Source: a virus
Reading direction: 5' to 3' (one strand)
DNA: 41,747 nucleotides
IMG/VR virus record: IMGVR_UViG_3300022696_000071
Location: 1-41,747 of that record
Both the position numbers and the translations under genes were made by a program. Under the pieces are notes generated by a model that had not been told where the DNA came from, did not search any database, and saw only the letters and a program-made list of their open reading frames with translations. The stretch's first letter is position 1. Each line of letters opens with the position of its first letter. This document shows, piece after piece, positions 1 through 11,500 of this stretch.

Positions 1-3000
1 TGATTCAGATGTACCATAAGTTATTAACTGATCATAATCACTTAAATAAGTTGCTTTTATCCATGCATCTGATCTCACAACATTAGAGATTTTAAGTTCT
101 GCAAAAGTAGCATCACCAACTCTAAACCAACCACCAACACCAACCAACATAGATCCTATCATATAACCTAATAATGTAGATGGTGCATTATAATTAGGAG
201 TAAACGCTCCATTAGATACACCACTATAAAAAAATTCATAATTATCATTATCAAAATCAAATGTACAAGCTACATTATACCAATGGTTAGATGTTAATAA
301 TGAATTACCATCTACATTATTAAGTCTATCTGTAACAAAAAACTGGTCACCAGATGAATTAACACCTTGATAAAATCTATCATATTCACTACTTGTAGAT
401 GAATAATAGTTACAAATTATCGTATCCCATGAAGATCCAGTCTTCATTGTTGCTTGATGAGTACCAACATTTTTATTAACATTCAATGGACTAGAAATCT
501 GGATTGCACCTATTGATGAAGTATTACCCCCACCAACAAATTGAACACCTGTATCACAATATGTAGTAGAAACAGAAGTCAAAACATCACCACCAATACA
601 AGAACCATGATTAGCATTCACAGTAGAATCTTTTATTTCATCACCACCGGCCTGTGATGGATCTTGATTCATATGGTAAACTGCACCGAAATCATTTGAC
701 CATACTGTTTGTGCTGGTGTTGACCCAAGTACACCGATATATGTACTATTGTCTGATCGTGTCTTATCAAAGTATAAATATATGGTTGTATCTTGAGATG
801 AAGATATAGATGGAATCTTTGACCATAATACGCCAGTTTGAGCAGAAGAGTTGTAAGATTCTATTTCAGTATAGCACTCAGTCTCACTACTCGTACTATC
901 ATAATGTCTTACTGACATTTTTAATTTATCTGCATCGGATAATTCAGAAAAAACATCTGTCATATTACTTAGATCTATACGAATTGGAAAATCGATAAGA
1001 TCTGCATCTATATTAGATGAATCAATGGTCATCGTATAACGATTTGACCAATTACCAGATAATGGGTATTCAGAAGGAGTATCTGTTAGATCTAAGAAAT
1101 CACTTGCTCCCCCATCACCACCAGCAGAATCTGTAAATGTAATAGCAGTTTCACCTGGATTAACAATAAGATATTTACCACTCTGACCAAAATATGTACT
1201 TGGTGTATCTGTTAACTCTAAGAATTCATCGTATCCAGTAAAATCTGTTGTTGAATCATAAAATTCTAATCCAGTACCGTCATTATTAACTCGTACATTA
1301 TATCGTTCATATCCAGAATAACTTGACGGAGTATCAATTAATTCAATAAATTCATCAACACCAGATCCTCCACTCGCAGTTGAATCGTAGAATTCTAATG
1401 CTGTTCCAAATTGATTAACTCTTATAGATTTTAATTCATTACCACTATATGAAGATGGTGTATCAATAAGTTCTATGAATTCATCAACATCACTTGCTGT
1501 AGAATCATAAAATTCAAGAGCATCTTCATCAATATTTACACGTACTACCTTTAAACCATGACCAGAAAATGATGATGGCGTATCTGTTAATTCAACAAAT
1601 TCATCATAACTGCTGAAATCAGCAGTTGAATCATAAAACTCTAAAGCAGTTTCTGTTTGATTAACACGTATATTCTTACCAGCTTGTCCTGAATAACTTG
1701 ATGGAGTATCTATTAATTCAACAAATTCATCATATCCAGTAAAATCGGTTGTTGAATCATAGAATTCTAATCCATTTTCAGTTTGATTGACTCTTATTGA
1801 TTTTCCAGATTGACCGGAAAATGTAGACGGAGTATCTATCAATTCTATGAATTCATCAACACCAGATCCACCATCGGACGTAGAATCGTAAAATTCAAGA
1901 GCAGTTCCAGATTGATTAACTCTTACATTATAACCTTCTGATCCACTGTATGTACTCGGTGTATCCGTCAAATCTAAGAATTCATCAGTTACAGTTGGAG
2001 TTGTAAATTCAATTCCATCTTCTGTCGATTTAACCGATAATACTTTTCCAGATTGACCAGTATAACTATTTGGAGTATCTATAAGTTGATATAAATTTAG
2101 GAAATTATCTATTTCTTCAAATGTAACACCACTATTATTTGCAAGAACAACTTGAGGATTAAATAGAGTAACATTCTCAGCAAATGATACTAATCCATCA
2201 TTACTATTATAAGCAGATGCTTTCATCCAAGCATATGATCGTACACCATTTGATAATCTCACATCTGAAATAACAGTTGCTTCAGTGTTCCATGAACCAT
2301 AATAATTCCATGCACCAATTGAAAAAGTATCAAGTCCTCCTGCCGCTGATCGTGTACTTGAAGATGTATCAACAATAGCGCCATCTAAATAAGATACAAA
2401 TGAATTACCATCAAAATCCCATGTTGTACCAAATGTATGCCATTGACCAGCATCTGGCATAGGGTATCCCATAATTGTAACTGTAGTTACCCTATTATCC
2501 ATATCCCCATCATAAATTCTAAGATCATTTCTTGCAGACTCACTATTACCATCACTTATACACCAAAGACCATCATTCACAGCAGTAACAACGGGTTTAG
2601 CTGTTATTTCAACAGTATACTTTGTATTAGTTATACCAACACAATCACATGCTATTCTTGGTGCATCTGAACCATAATGACTATAAAATTCATAACCTTT
2701 TCCAAGTCGATCTGTATCAACAAGAGTTGGTTTATTTGAAGTTGGTGTATTGCCATCATTGTTATTTTGAGTTGAATCTTTAACACTATCCGTTACTGAT
2801 GGATCTTCAGCATTTAAATGCCATACACCTATATAATTACTATCCCATACATTTTGAGCAGCAACTGATTCGGTAACACCAACATATGTAGTATTATCCA
2901 ATTGTGTATCATCATAATATAATCTCAAAACAGTATCTTCTGTTGATGATACATTTGGAACTTTTACCCATAATATTCCAGTATTAGATGTGCTATCATA

Positions 3001-6000
3001 ATGATCAATTTCAACATAACATTCTGTCTCAGAATCAGAAGTTGAATCATATACTCTTGCAGACATCTTCAATTTATCTGAATCAGATATTATACTGAAT
3101 ATTTCTGTATGATTTGTAAGATCCAACATGATTGGAAAATCTGTTAAATCTTCATCAACAAGTAAACTATTTATAGTAATATCTATTCTTCTCGCCCATG
3201 TTCCAGCAGCTTCAGGATAAGAAGCAGGAGTATCTGTTAAATCAATAAATGTTGGATCTTTAAAATCGACAGATAATTCATTATCAGCAACATATAATAT
3301 TTTACTACCTTGTCCAATAAAAGAACTCGGTGTATCTGCTAATTCTATGAATTCATCATATCCAGTAAAATCAGTGGTTGAATCAAAGAATTCCAATGCT
3401 GTACCAGATTCATTCACCCTAACAACATATCCTTCATTTCCAGAGAATGAAACAGGTGTATCTGTTAATTCTATGAATGTATCTGCTCCAGATCCACTAC
3501 CAGCAGTTGAATCATAGAATTCTAAACCATCTTCTGTTGACTTTACTCGTATATTCTTACCAGATTGACCAGAAAATGAACTTGGAGTATCAGGAAGTTC
3601 AAGAAAATTATCTGGTTTACCATCCCATGTTGATATTTGTGAATCTGATACAAATCTATCATTTGTATCTTCAGCAATTATAGACGGTGGATGAGTGGCA
3701 GGGTGAGTATATGGATCTGTAAATTCAACTCCAGTTTCTCCAGCATTAACTCTTATTAACTTTAAAGATTGACCAGAATAGCTTGATGGTGCATCAATCA
3801 GTTCTAAAAACTCATCAACATCAGAACCACCAGCGGTAGAATCTGTAAATTCTAACGCATTACCAGCAGAATTAACTTTAACGTATCTGTTGGCAATAAA
3901 TGATCCTGGTGTATCATTCAAATCAAGAAATGTTGGTGTATTAAATTCTAAAGCATTTGCACCACTATTCACTCTAACCACTTTTAAACCATGACCAGAA
4001 AATGAACCCGGAGAATCAGTTAGACCTAAAAATGTATCAACTCCACTTGGTTCATCTACAAACTCTAATGCCGTAGCACCAGCATTAACTTTAAGATATT
4101 TATTTGCTGTAAATGATCCAGGCGTATCGGTTAATTCGATAAATTCATCAACTCCACTCCCACCACCAGCGGTAGAATCAACGAATTCTAATGCTGTCTC
4201 TCCAGCATTTACTCTAACCAATTTTTGACTATGACCACTATAATTAGCAGGAGTATCAGACAAATCAGTAAAATTTGTAGCAGATCCAGAATTCCATTGT
4301 GCAATCTGTGCATCCGTTACAAATCTATTATTTGAATCTTCTGCAATGATTGATGGTGGATGAGTGACAGGGTGAGTATAATTATTTGCACCAGAAGCTA
4401 TACCATCTAATTTAGATTTTAATGCATCTGTAAAATTATTATCTGTTTGAACATCTGCATCTAAAGTACCATCTATAGCAACCGTTAATCTATCTCCAAC
4501 TATAATACCTCCAATTGTGGAAGTTGTTGCTGGTGGTATGCTTCCTGATGCCGCAGCATTCCATGCTATTCTTTCTGCATCTGTTATAAATCGATGAGTT
4601 GTATCTTGAGTGATTATTGTAGCTGGATGGGTTGATGGATGTTCATATTTATCTGAAAATACTAAGCCATCGGCAGTTGCATTAACAGTTACTCGCTTAT
4701 TCGCATAAGTCGAATAACTACTTGGAACATCAGTTAATCCAATAAATGTTGTCGAACCAGCATCACCATCATCTCCCTTTAATCCCCTTGGACCCCGTAT
4801 ATTTCCTTGTTTAGTCCAAACACCAGTTATTTTTTTATATATATCACCAGTTCCAGTATCGAGATAATAATCACCATCTGATCCAGTATCACTGGTTTTA
4901 ACTTCTATCTCACTTATAAATGCATATATATTTGAAGATTGTACCCATCCTCCACTTGCAACATCTGTCTGATAAGAATAATCACCATTCTTAAAATAAT
5001 ATGAACAATTTCCAGTTAATGAAGATTTTGATAAATGCCCAAAATCTGCAACATACATTGCAACTATTAAATTTCGAGTTGGATCTAATGTAAATGTTTC
5101 AATATCTGTAGTTACAGTTTCACCGTTTGTAATATAAAATGATGTCTCTTCATTAACAGACATTTGAACTTGATTTCCATCGAAATCAAATGTATCTGCT
5201 CCAACTGTTTGAGATGCATGACCAACATAGCATTTATATACATATAAAGTATAACCTTCAATACTTTGAAACTTCAGTCGTATCGATGTTCCAGAAGTCG
5301 ATAACTCAGATGATGGAATTACATATCTAAATGTAGAATTCACAGAAGTTGTTGATACAACTGCATCAAACGTAACACCATGATTATGTGTATCTGACCA
5401 ATTACCGGGAGGACTATCTGCACTTGACCAATCACCATCATCAACTGAACCTGGATTATCTATAAATTCTAATCCATCTTCTCCAGAATTAACTTGTAAT
5501 ATTTTTCCAGCTTGACCAGTATAATTTGCTGGAGAATCAGTTAAATCAACAAAATCATGATAATGTGTATCTGGCGGAAAAACAGATGGTTTACTCGTTA
5601 TATTATCCCATTCAACACTTCCACCAGCAGTCCATAACGCTATCTGTGCATCTGTAACAAATCTTCTTGATGTCGATGTTGTTATCATGGATGCTGAATG
5701 GGTTGATGGGTGTACATAATAATTGGCACTATCATCAACACCATCCAATTTATTTTTTAATGCATCTGTGAAATTATTATCTGATTGAACATTTGCACTT
5801 AATGTTCCATCAACTTCAACTGATAATCTTTCACCAACAATAATTCCACCAAGATCAGCAATTGTAGCTGGAGATAAACCAGAAGGAGCCATTCCTTCTA
5901 ATTTATTTTTCAGAGCAGTTGTAAAATTCTCATCAGATTGTAAATCAGCATTTAATGTTCCATCAACTTCAACTGATAATCGATCTCCTACTTTAATAAC

Positions 6001-8145
6001 ACCAAGTGTTGTCTCTGTAGCTGGAACAAATTCACCCGAAGCAGCATTCCATGCTAATATTTGAGCATCGGTTACAAATCTATGTGTTGTATCTTCTTCG
6101 ATGATTACAGCAGGGTGAGTAGATGGATGAACATAATTATTTGCATTAGCTTGTATATTATCTAATTTATATTTATAATTATAATCAAAATTATATGATG
6201 ATTGTAAATCAGCATTTAATGTTCCATCTTGTTCAACAGTTAATCTATCACCTACTTTTATTCCACCAAGATTTGTGGCAGTAGCTGGAGCTAAATCTTC
6301 TTTCGTATCAATCCATTCAGAACCAGTATATATAAACCATGTACCATCGTCTTCACTAAATAATCTTGTTCCAATAGGAATAATATATGTTGATGTACTT
6401 GGAAATACAGATGTTGCTTCATATCTATTTCCAGATTTTACTAACCATTTATTTTCATACGTTGGTGTTTGATAACCATCTCTCGTATACCATCCAATAA
6501 ATACATACATGTTACCATCACCAGTTGGACCACTGGCAACGACAAGTGTACCAACATCTGCTGTAGCTGGAAGGTCTGCCCTGCTGTCTATAATTAACAA
6601 CTGTTGCATTACAGTAGGTTCAGCAAATTCAACACCAGACTCACTTGAATTAACTCTTAATATTTTATGGCGATCACCAGTATAATTAGAAGCATTAACA
6701 TCAGATAAATCTATAAGATTACGAATATCATCAACAAATTCAAGACCATTTTGATTATAGTTTACTCTTGGTACTTTATATCTTGATTGAGCATAACTGG
6801 TTGGAACATCAGATAATTCAATAAATTTTATACCAGAAGAAGATCGATCAACAAATTCAAGACCAGATTCATCACCAGCAACAGCTACGAGTCTATTTGC
6901 TTGACCAGCGTATGTGGAAGGAGTATCCGTAAGATCAACAAATTCGTATACGCCATTCGGGTTAAAACTTTCAAATCTTAATCCATCTTCTGTTTCATTT
7001 ACTATGAGAATTTTACCCGATTGATTGGTATAATCATTTGGTAAATCGACAAGACTCGTAAATCGATTATTATCTCTAATATTACCAAGTAACCACCATG
7101 AATCTAATGTAGTAGATCCATCTGGTACAGTATAAACTTCAGTTGGAACATCATCTATAAAATCTCTTGCAATTCCAGATGATATTCTTATTTCATCCAT
7201 CCATCCAACGAATGAATCACTTGTATTTTCATCATAAGATCCAATATATAATGGACCATAAAAATAATCAAAAGTGTCATATATTGAAGATGAAATAAGA
7301 ACACCATCAACAATTAATCTAAATACTCTATCACCACTAATTTCATCAATCTCACCAACAATTGCAATATGATACCAAGTATCAACTTCAAATATTATAC
7401 TTCCAACAATACCAATACTTCCAGTATCAACTGTATCATGTGTAAATTCTAAATGATGATTTACATTATCATATTCTAATTTCCAAAAATCAGATACATT
7501 CTCTTTCTTTCTGGAAAATAATACTTGAGTATTATTTAATTGTTCGAATCTTATTCTGAAATCTATTGAGAACTCATATTCATCAAATGAGAAATCATCA
7601 GAATGTTCAATTTTTAATCCTGATATAGCTTGATCACCATTAAATTTTATACTTGTATCACCAAATACTTTTTGATCATTACTATGTTCAACACTTCCAA
7701 AAAATGTAATATCATGATCACTTTGACTTGAATCTTCAAATTCTTGATTCCCATCAACCGAATCACTATGAATCATTAATGTGGTGAAACTATCAACTCC
7801 ACCTATTGGAATAGTTTTTTTCTTATAAACATCTTTTGTTATTGTATTTATATAATGATTACCTTCAGACCCCAATGTAGATGGCGGGACAGTTGTTCCT
7901 TCCAACCATCTATTCGGAAGACTGTATTCATTTAATTCTGATAATATTTTGTCAGAAGACCAAGTTCTATGGGCAGATATAACACCATCATCTATACTGG
8001 AAAATTTATGCATGACGCCTTGATAATCTTTTACATACCAAGACTTTGTTTCGTCATCAAACGCAGATTCTCGTTTTTTAAGATCAGTTTCAACTACTTC
8101 ACCGGAAACTTTTGTTTTTAAATATATTTTCCTAAATACAGGCAT
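1..8145 (-). CDS. Giant tail-fibre/adhesin-like structural protein, N-terminal >2700 aa; the 3' end lies beyond the window start
   Basis: ATG at 8145 (minus) preceded by AAGGG. The minus frame with codon tops at multiples of 3 is consistent at 8145, at ~4800 and at nt 1-30, and no complete minus-strand ORF is listed across 1-8145, so the frame stays open to the window edge. Translation shows tandem ~41-aa repeats with a DTPSSYSGQxGKxxRVN...LEF core, recurring HPxTHP(P/A)S motifs, a short collagen-like GPRGLKGDDGDAG segment and two paralogous beta-rich lectin/LamG-like domains (e.g. GVWHLN, GAVYHMN). Confidence 0.72.
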   Translation of the reverse strand, partial: MPVFRKIYLKTKVSGEVVETDLKKRESAFDDETKSWYVKDYQGVMHKFSSIDDGVISAHRTWSSDKILSELNEYSLPNRWLEGTTVPPSTLGSEGNHYINTITKDVYKKKTIPIGGVDSFTTLMIHSDSVDGNQEFEDSSQSDHDITFFGSVEHSNDQKVFGDTSIKFNGDQAISGLKIEHSDDFSFDEYEFSIDFRIRFEQLNNTQVLFSRKKENVSDFWKLEYDNVNHHLEFTHDTVDTGSIGIVGSIIFEVDTWYHIAIVGEIDEISGDRVFRLIVDGVLISSSIYDTFDYFYGPLYIGSYDENTSDSFVGWMDEIRISSGIARDFIDDVPTEVYTVPDGSTTLDSWWLLGNIRDNNRFTSLVDLPNDYTNQSGKILIVNETEDGLRFESFNPNGVYEFVDLTDTPSTYAGQANRLVAVAGDESGLEFVDRSSSGIKFIELSDVPTSYAQSRYKVPRVNYNQNGLEFVDDIRNLIDLSDVNASNYTGDRHKILRVNSSESGVEFAEPTVMQQLLIIDSRADLPATADVGTLVVASGPTGDGNMYVFIGWYTRDGYQTPTYENKWLVKSGNRYEATSVFPSTSTYIIPIGTRLFSEDDGTWFIYTGSEWIDTKEDLAPATATNLGGIKVGDRLTVEQDGTLNADLQSSYNFDYNYKYKLDNIQANANNYVHPSTHPAVIIEEDTTHRFVTDAQILAWNAASGEFVPATETTLGVIKVGDRLSVEVDGTLNADLQSDENFTTALKNKLEGMAPSGLSPATIADLGGIIVGERLSVEVDGTLSANVQSDNNFTDALKNKLDGVDDSANYYVHPSTHSASMITTSTSRRFVTDAQIALWTAGGSVEWDNITSKPSVFPPDTHYHDFVDLTDSPANYTGQAGKILQVNSGEDGLEFIDNPGSVDDGDWSSADSPPGNWSDTHNHGVTFDAVVSTTSVNSTFRYVIPSSELSTSGTSIRLKFQSIEGYTLYVYKCYVGHASQTVGADTFDFDGNQVQMSVNEETSFYITNGETVTTDIETFTLDPTRNLIVAMYVADFGHLSKSSLTGNCSYYFKNGDYSYQTDVASGGWVQSSNIYAFISEIEVKTSDTGSDGDYYLDTGTGDIYKKITGVWTKQGNIRGPRGLKGDDGDAGSTTFIGLTDVPSSYSTYANKRVTVNATADGLVFSDKYEHPSTHPATIITQDTTHRFITDAERIAWNAAASGSIPPATTSTIGGIIVGDRLTVAIDGTLDADVQTDNNFTDALKSKLDGIASGANNYTHPVTHPPSIIAEDSNNRFVTDAQIAQWNSGSATNFTDLSDTPANYSGHSQKLVRVNAGETALEFVDSTAGGGSGVDEFIELTDTPGSFTANKYLKVNAGATALEFVDEPSGVDTFLGLTDSPGSFSGHGLKVVRVNSGANALEFNTPTFLDLNDTPGSFIANRYVKVNSAGNALEFTDSTAGGSDVDEFLELIDAPSSYSGQSLKLIRVNAGETGVEFTDPYTHPATHPPSIIAEDTNDRFVSDSQISTWDGKPDNFLELPDTPSSFSGQSGKNIRVKSTEDGLEFYDSTAGSGSGADTFIELTDTPVSFSGNEGYVVRVNESGTALEFFDSTTDFTGYDEFIELADTPSSFIGQGSKILYVADNELSVDFKDPTFIDLTDTPASYPEAAGTWARRIDITINSLLVDEDLTDFPIMLDLTNHTEIFSIISDSDKLKMSARVYDSTSDSETECYVEIDHYDSTSNTGILWVKVPNVSSTEDTVLRLYYDDTQLDNTTYVGVTESVAAQNVWDSNYIGVWHLNAEDPSVTDSVKDSTQNNNDGNTPTSNKPTLVDTDRLGKGYEFYSHYGSDAPRIACDCVGITNTKYTVEITAKPVVTAVNDGLWCISDGNSESARNDLRIYDGDMDNRVTTVTIMGYPMPDAGQWHTFGTTWDFDGNSFVSYLDGAIVDTSSSTRSAAGGLDTFSIGAWNYYGSWNTEATVISDVRLSNGVRSYAWMKASAYNSNDGLVSFAENVTLFNPQVVLANNSGVTFEEIDNFLNLYQLIDTPNSYTGQSGKVLSVKSTEDGIEFTTPTVTDEFLDLTDTPSTYSGSEGYNVRVNQSGTALEFYDSTSDGGSGVDEFIELIDTPSTFSGQSGKSIRVNQTENGLEFYDSTTDFTGYDEFVELIDTPSSYSGQAGKNIRVNQTETALEFYDSTADFSSYDEFVELTDTPSSFSGHGLKVVRVNIDEDALEFYDSTASDVDEFIELIDTPSSYSGNELKSIRVNQFGTALEFYDSTASGGSGVDEFIELIDTPSSYSGYERYNVRVNNDGTGLEFYDSTTDFTGYDEFLELTDTPSTYFGQSGKYLIVNPGETAITFTDSAGGDGGASDFLDLTDTPSEYPLSGNWSNRYTMTIDSSNIDADLIDFPIRIDLSNMTDVFSELSDADKLKMSVRHYDSTSSETECYTEIESYNSSAQTGVLWSKIPSISSSQDTTIYLYFDKTRSDNSTYIGVLGSTPAQTVWSNDFGAVYHMNQDPSQAGGDEIKDSTVNANHGSCIGGDVLTSVSTTYCDTGVQFVGGGNTSSIGAIQISSPLNVNKNVGTHQATMKTGSSWDTIICNYYSSTSSEYDRFYQGVNSSGDQFFVTDRLNNVDGNSLLTSNHWYNVACTFDFDNDNYEFFYSGVSNGAFTPNYNAPSTLLGYMIGSMLVGVGGWFRVGDATFAELKISNVVRSDAWIKATYLSDYDQLITYGTSES
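1085..2110 (-). repeat. Tandem ~123-nt (41-aa) coding repeats inside the fibre gene, about 8 copies (DTPSSYSG..GK..RVN..E.GLEFYDST..DEFIEL unit)
   Basis: A GAATTCATC / AAATTCATC landmark recurs every ~123-126 nt (about 1222, 1348, 1476, 1598, 1722, 1848, 1975). The translated units are near-identical. Confidence 0.7.
3215..4290 (-). repeat. Second array of the same ~41-aa repeat family inside the fibre gene, interrupted by an HPxTHP motif block
   Basis: Same DTP(S/G)S(Y/F)SG...(L/V)RVN...ALEF units in translation. The DNA blocks GATGGTGGATGAGTG(G/A)CAGGGTGAGTATA at 3685-3712 and 4352-4380 encode YTHP(A/V)THPPS. Confidence 0.6.
6605..7065 (-). repeat. Third short array of the ~41-aa repeat family near the N-terminal part of the fibre gene
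   Basis: Translation gives repeated ...LIDLSDVNASNYTGDRHKILRVNSSESGVEFAEP... type units. Confidence 0.45.
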
Positions 8146-8176
8146 TATATCTACCCTTTTTTATAATAGCTTAATA

Positions 8177-8530
8177 TTATTGCAATTGATCAATTACATT
8201 TGTATTAATATCTTTACGCTTTAAAGCTTCAAGTAATTCAGATTTACTAAAATCATTTACACTGATTCCTCTATCTCTCAATGCATTAATCAATTTATCA
8301 TTTCCAACGCTGTCAAGAATACCATTGACAGAAGAAAAATCAAAATTACGTTTCTTGAGTTCAGTCAACATTGCAGCAGAATCAACATTAGTCATATCTT
8401 GACTTTGTTTTGGTCTGTTTATTGTTTGAACAAGTATAGCATGATTTTGAGATTCAAAACCTTTGATATCGACTCTGCTTAAAAATTCAAGAAGAAGTTT
8501 AATCTGTTGTTCATTAAATTCTACGATCAT
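8177..8530 (-). CDS. Hypothetical protein (117 aa)
   Basis: Listed ORF in the same orientation as its neighbours. Strong SD (GAGGGGGG) upstream of the ATG at 8530. Confidence 0.5.
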   Translation of the reverse strand: MIVEFNEQQIKLLLEFLSRVDIKGFESQNHAILVQTINRPKQSQDMTNVDSAAMLTELKKRNFDFSSVNGILDSVGNDKLINALRDRGISVNDFSKSELLEALKRKDINTNVIDQLQ

Positions 8531-8587
8531 TATAATACCCCCCTCATAATAAAAATGTTTAGAGTTTGTCCTTAAATTTCAACTAAC

Positions 8588-11500
8588 TTACTTATTTAAT
8601 CTTTGAGCAATTATATCCACATGATGTGAATATGCATGGAGAGATTTACATGAAAATGAAAGTGGTCCAGAGTTAATATCAAGTTCCCCGGCAATATATT
8701 CATTCAACAATGTAAAACCGCCCATGTTACATGGAAATCCAGAATTTCCAGTAACAGATATTTTATCATTTCTTCTCATAAAAAAATTTGTATTTCTATT
8801 TCGTATACACCATATCCTACCATCATATTTACGAATAGGCAATTTACCATCAACAAAATAAGTTCTATTAAATGATGCTTCTTTCCTATTAGATACATTA
8901 ACACATCCAGATTCATCATTTATTTTCGCTTGAAATCCCAAAGATAATGCTAATCGTTGAAACCAATCTCTTTTTTCTTTATCTTGTGAATAAAAGCAAT
9001 ATGCTGTATGTTTAAAACTACCATCACCTTTTATCATTGCAATAAATATTGACATTCTATCATCATAAGTAAGATTTAATAATTCTTCTGTTGGTCTTCT
9101 ATTTGGAATTATTTCTTTTATCCATTTAGTAGATTTAGCAGAAATATAAAAGTTATACATTTCAACAAGTAAACCATCTGGATACTCTTTATCTGCAATT
9201 TTATACATTGTCTTTGATTCAAATTTTTCAGTAAAGTTCATACCAGATTCAGTTAATAATTCTCTTATATCAACATGGTACTTCTTAGCACTTTGATAAA
9301 TATACACACCATCACATTTTTCTAAATAATGTGAATCAGTTAAAATCCAACCAATTAGAGATGCCTTTACATAACCCAATTCCCATGTTCCTTCTTTATA
9401 TGGTGCTGAAACTGGTATAAGTGATCCATCTTTTGGTATTAATTCATCTGCCTTAGTATATTGATAATCTTTAATAATTCGTTTATTTCCAGAATGTGTA
9501 ACATATTTATGTAACATTCTATGGTTTGGAGTTATTAATTGAGATATATTTGCAGTTTCTATTTCATACATATCACCACTATAATTAGATTTAATTATTT
9601 CATCAATATTACAAAATTCCATTTCCCATTTATCTATATTTAATGTAGCCGCTTTATCATCTTTAGATATAGTATCTATATTGCGCCATCCATTATCTGT
9701 TAATATTTCAGAATCATCACTCAAACAATATACATCCCAAGAATTATGGGTCATAATTGGTATATATCCACAACAAAATAAATGAGAATCAGAATCAACA
9801 GATATATCATAAACATTTCCGAAATTAAGTATATTACTAACACTTTTTATAGTTCTTAGTATATAGTCACCTTTTCTTAATTTTGGACGATTCTTACTCA
9901 TATTATATATACTAAAACACCCACTACTTTTTATGTATCTATTATCTTTTCTGAAATATACAAGTCGTTCTGGTTCTCTATAAATTGAAACATTTTTATT
10001 CACCATTTTACTTAAATATGACATATCAATTATAAGATCATTACTTGCTGAACAACAAGTATCACCAGAAATCCACCCATCTAAAAAAGAATTTATAAGT
10101 TCATTAGAAAGTGAAAATACAATATTTGGAACTTTTTTCGATTTAGCTCCATGTTTAAATCCTAAATTTTTATACATTCTTACAAGAAAACCTATTGATA
10201 TATTTAAAACTTCACATCCATCACGATGTTCAATAGATGGTGTATAATCAAATTCATTCTTAAGAAAATTTATTACCCTATTAAAAGTATCAGTCTTTTT
10301 GGAATTTATAGCTATTCTAAGACTACTTGAATTATTACCATACCAGCCATCTGCGCACCATAAACCCATAAAATACGAAAAATCATTTGAAATTTTAAAC
10401 ATTCTATTTGTTTGTATTTTAAAACAATGAATAGTTAAATTAGATTCATTATATAAATGGCTATTATATGCTTGTTTTATAGATATCATTTTTATATCTC
10501 TATTACTATCAGTATATGAAATGTTATCTTCTTTAAATCTATGAAAATCAGATAATTCTAAATTACAAACTTTAACTTTATTACTATCTTTAAAGATCTC
10601 AAATAAATCAATTACATCTACTGAATTATACTGAAAATCAATACTATATGGCTCTAATAACACATCACCATCAACCAAATCATATACATATTTTAATTCA
10701 ATATTATCATTTTTTAATATTGGAAATCTGTGATTTTCTGATGCATTTATTTTATAACCACCATATATCTCAATTTCTCTGATATCTGATCTATATGAAA
10801 CTTGTGAATCAGTAACATTAGACCATATCTGATTATAATCTTTATCAAATGATATAACTTCCACTGAATCACCACATTTTATATATTGATATATTTCTTT
10901 TATAATAGTTCTTTTTAAAACTGAATTATGTTTTATGATTATTGGTGTATCTCCATCTAAACATCGATATATTACATTAGTTGTCAAATACCCATCTATA
11001 ATTCTAAAATCTAATCCACGTAAACATGGAGAAGTTCCTCTATCCGCTTCACTTATGAATAAAGATTCTGTACCATATGCTTTACATTTATTATTTGTAC
11101 ATACGTTATTGGATGCTTTTTTCGTATGCAACTTTCCACATGTTTTACATTTAAGATATGGTCTATCATATGCACGATTTGAATCAGGATTACCTATTGT
11201 AATATAGCAATGTTCATTTCCGATACCATGTGTTTTAAAATGATTTATAACCCATTCAGTTTGATTATAGCTGCATAAATTCTCATCCCCATAAATATAA
11301 TTTGTATTATCTCCAACTATCCATGTTGCATATCTATATTCTTCATTTGGTTCAAGATTAGAATCCATTATATAATTAGCAAAATATTGATCTATTTCAT
11401 CATCAGTAGTTGGTGGCGGTAAAGATACCCCTTCAGGCATTCTTGGTGATAATGGTCTACTTTGTGGATACCTAATAAAACCAGATGCAAAATCAAAAGT

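Noticed and set aside
4786-4830. Collagen-like G-X-Y run as evidence of a collagen-domain protein
   Set aside because: There are only about four triplets (GPRGLKGDDGDAG). This is too short for a collagen triple helix and is noted only as a linker-like feature of the fibre.
810-6472. Four plus-strand ORFs (810-998, 2437-2670, 3477-3683, 6275-6472) inside the fibre gene region
   Set aside because: They are antisense to a continuous >8-kb minus-strand reading frame. They are short, with no SD and odd composition, and are typical spurious ORFs of AT-rich DNA.
8744-10963. Interpreting the ThyA insertion as a single very large intein
   Set aside because: There are two independent block-A starts (CLDGDTPIII and CLSDDSEIL) and two independent C-terminal ...HN/S and ...GN/S junctions. 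The intervening SWDVY corresponds exactly to the conserved ThyA SCDVF extein residues.
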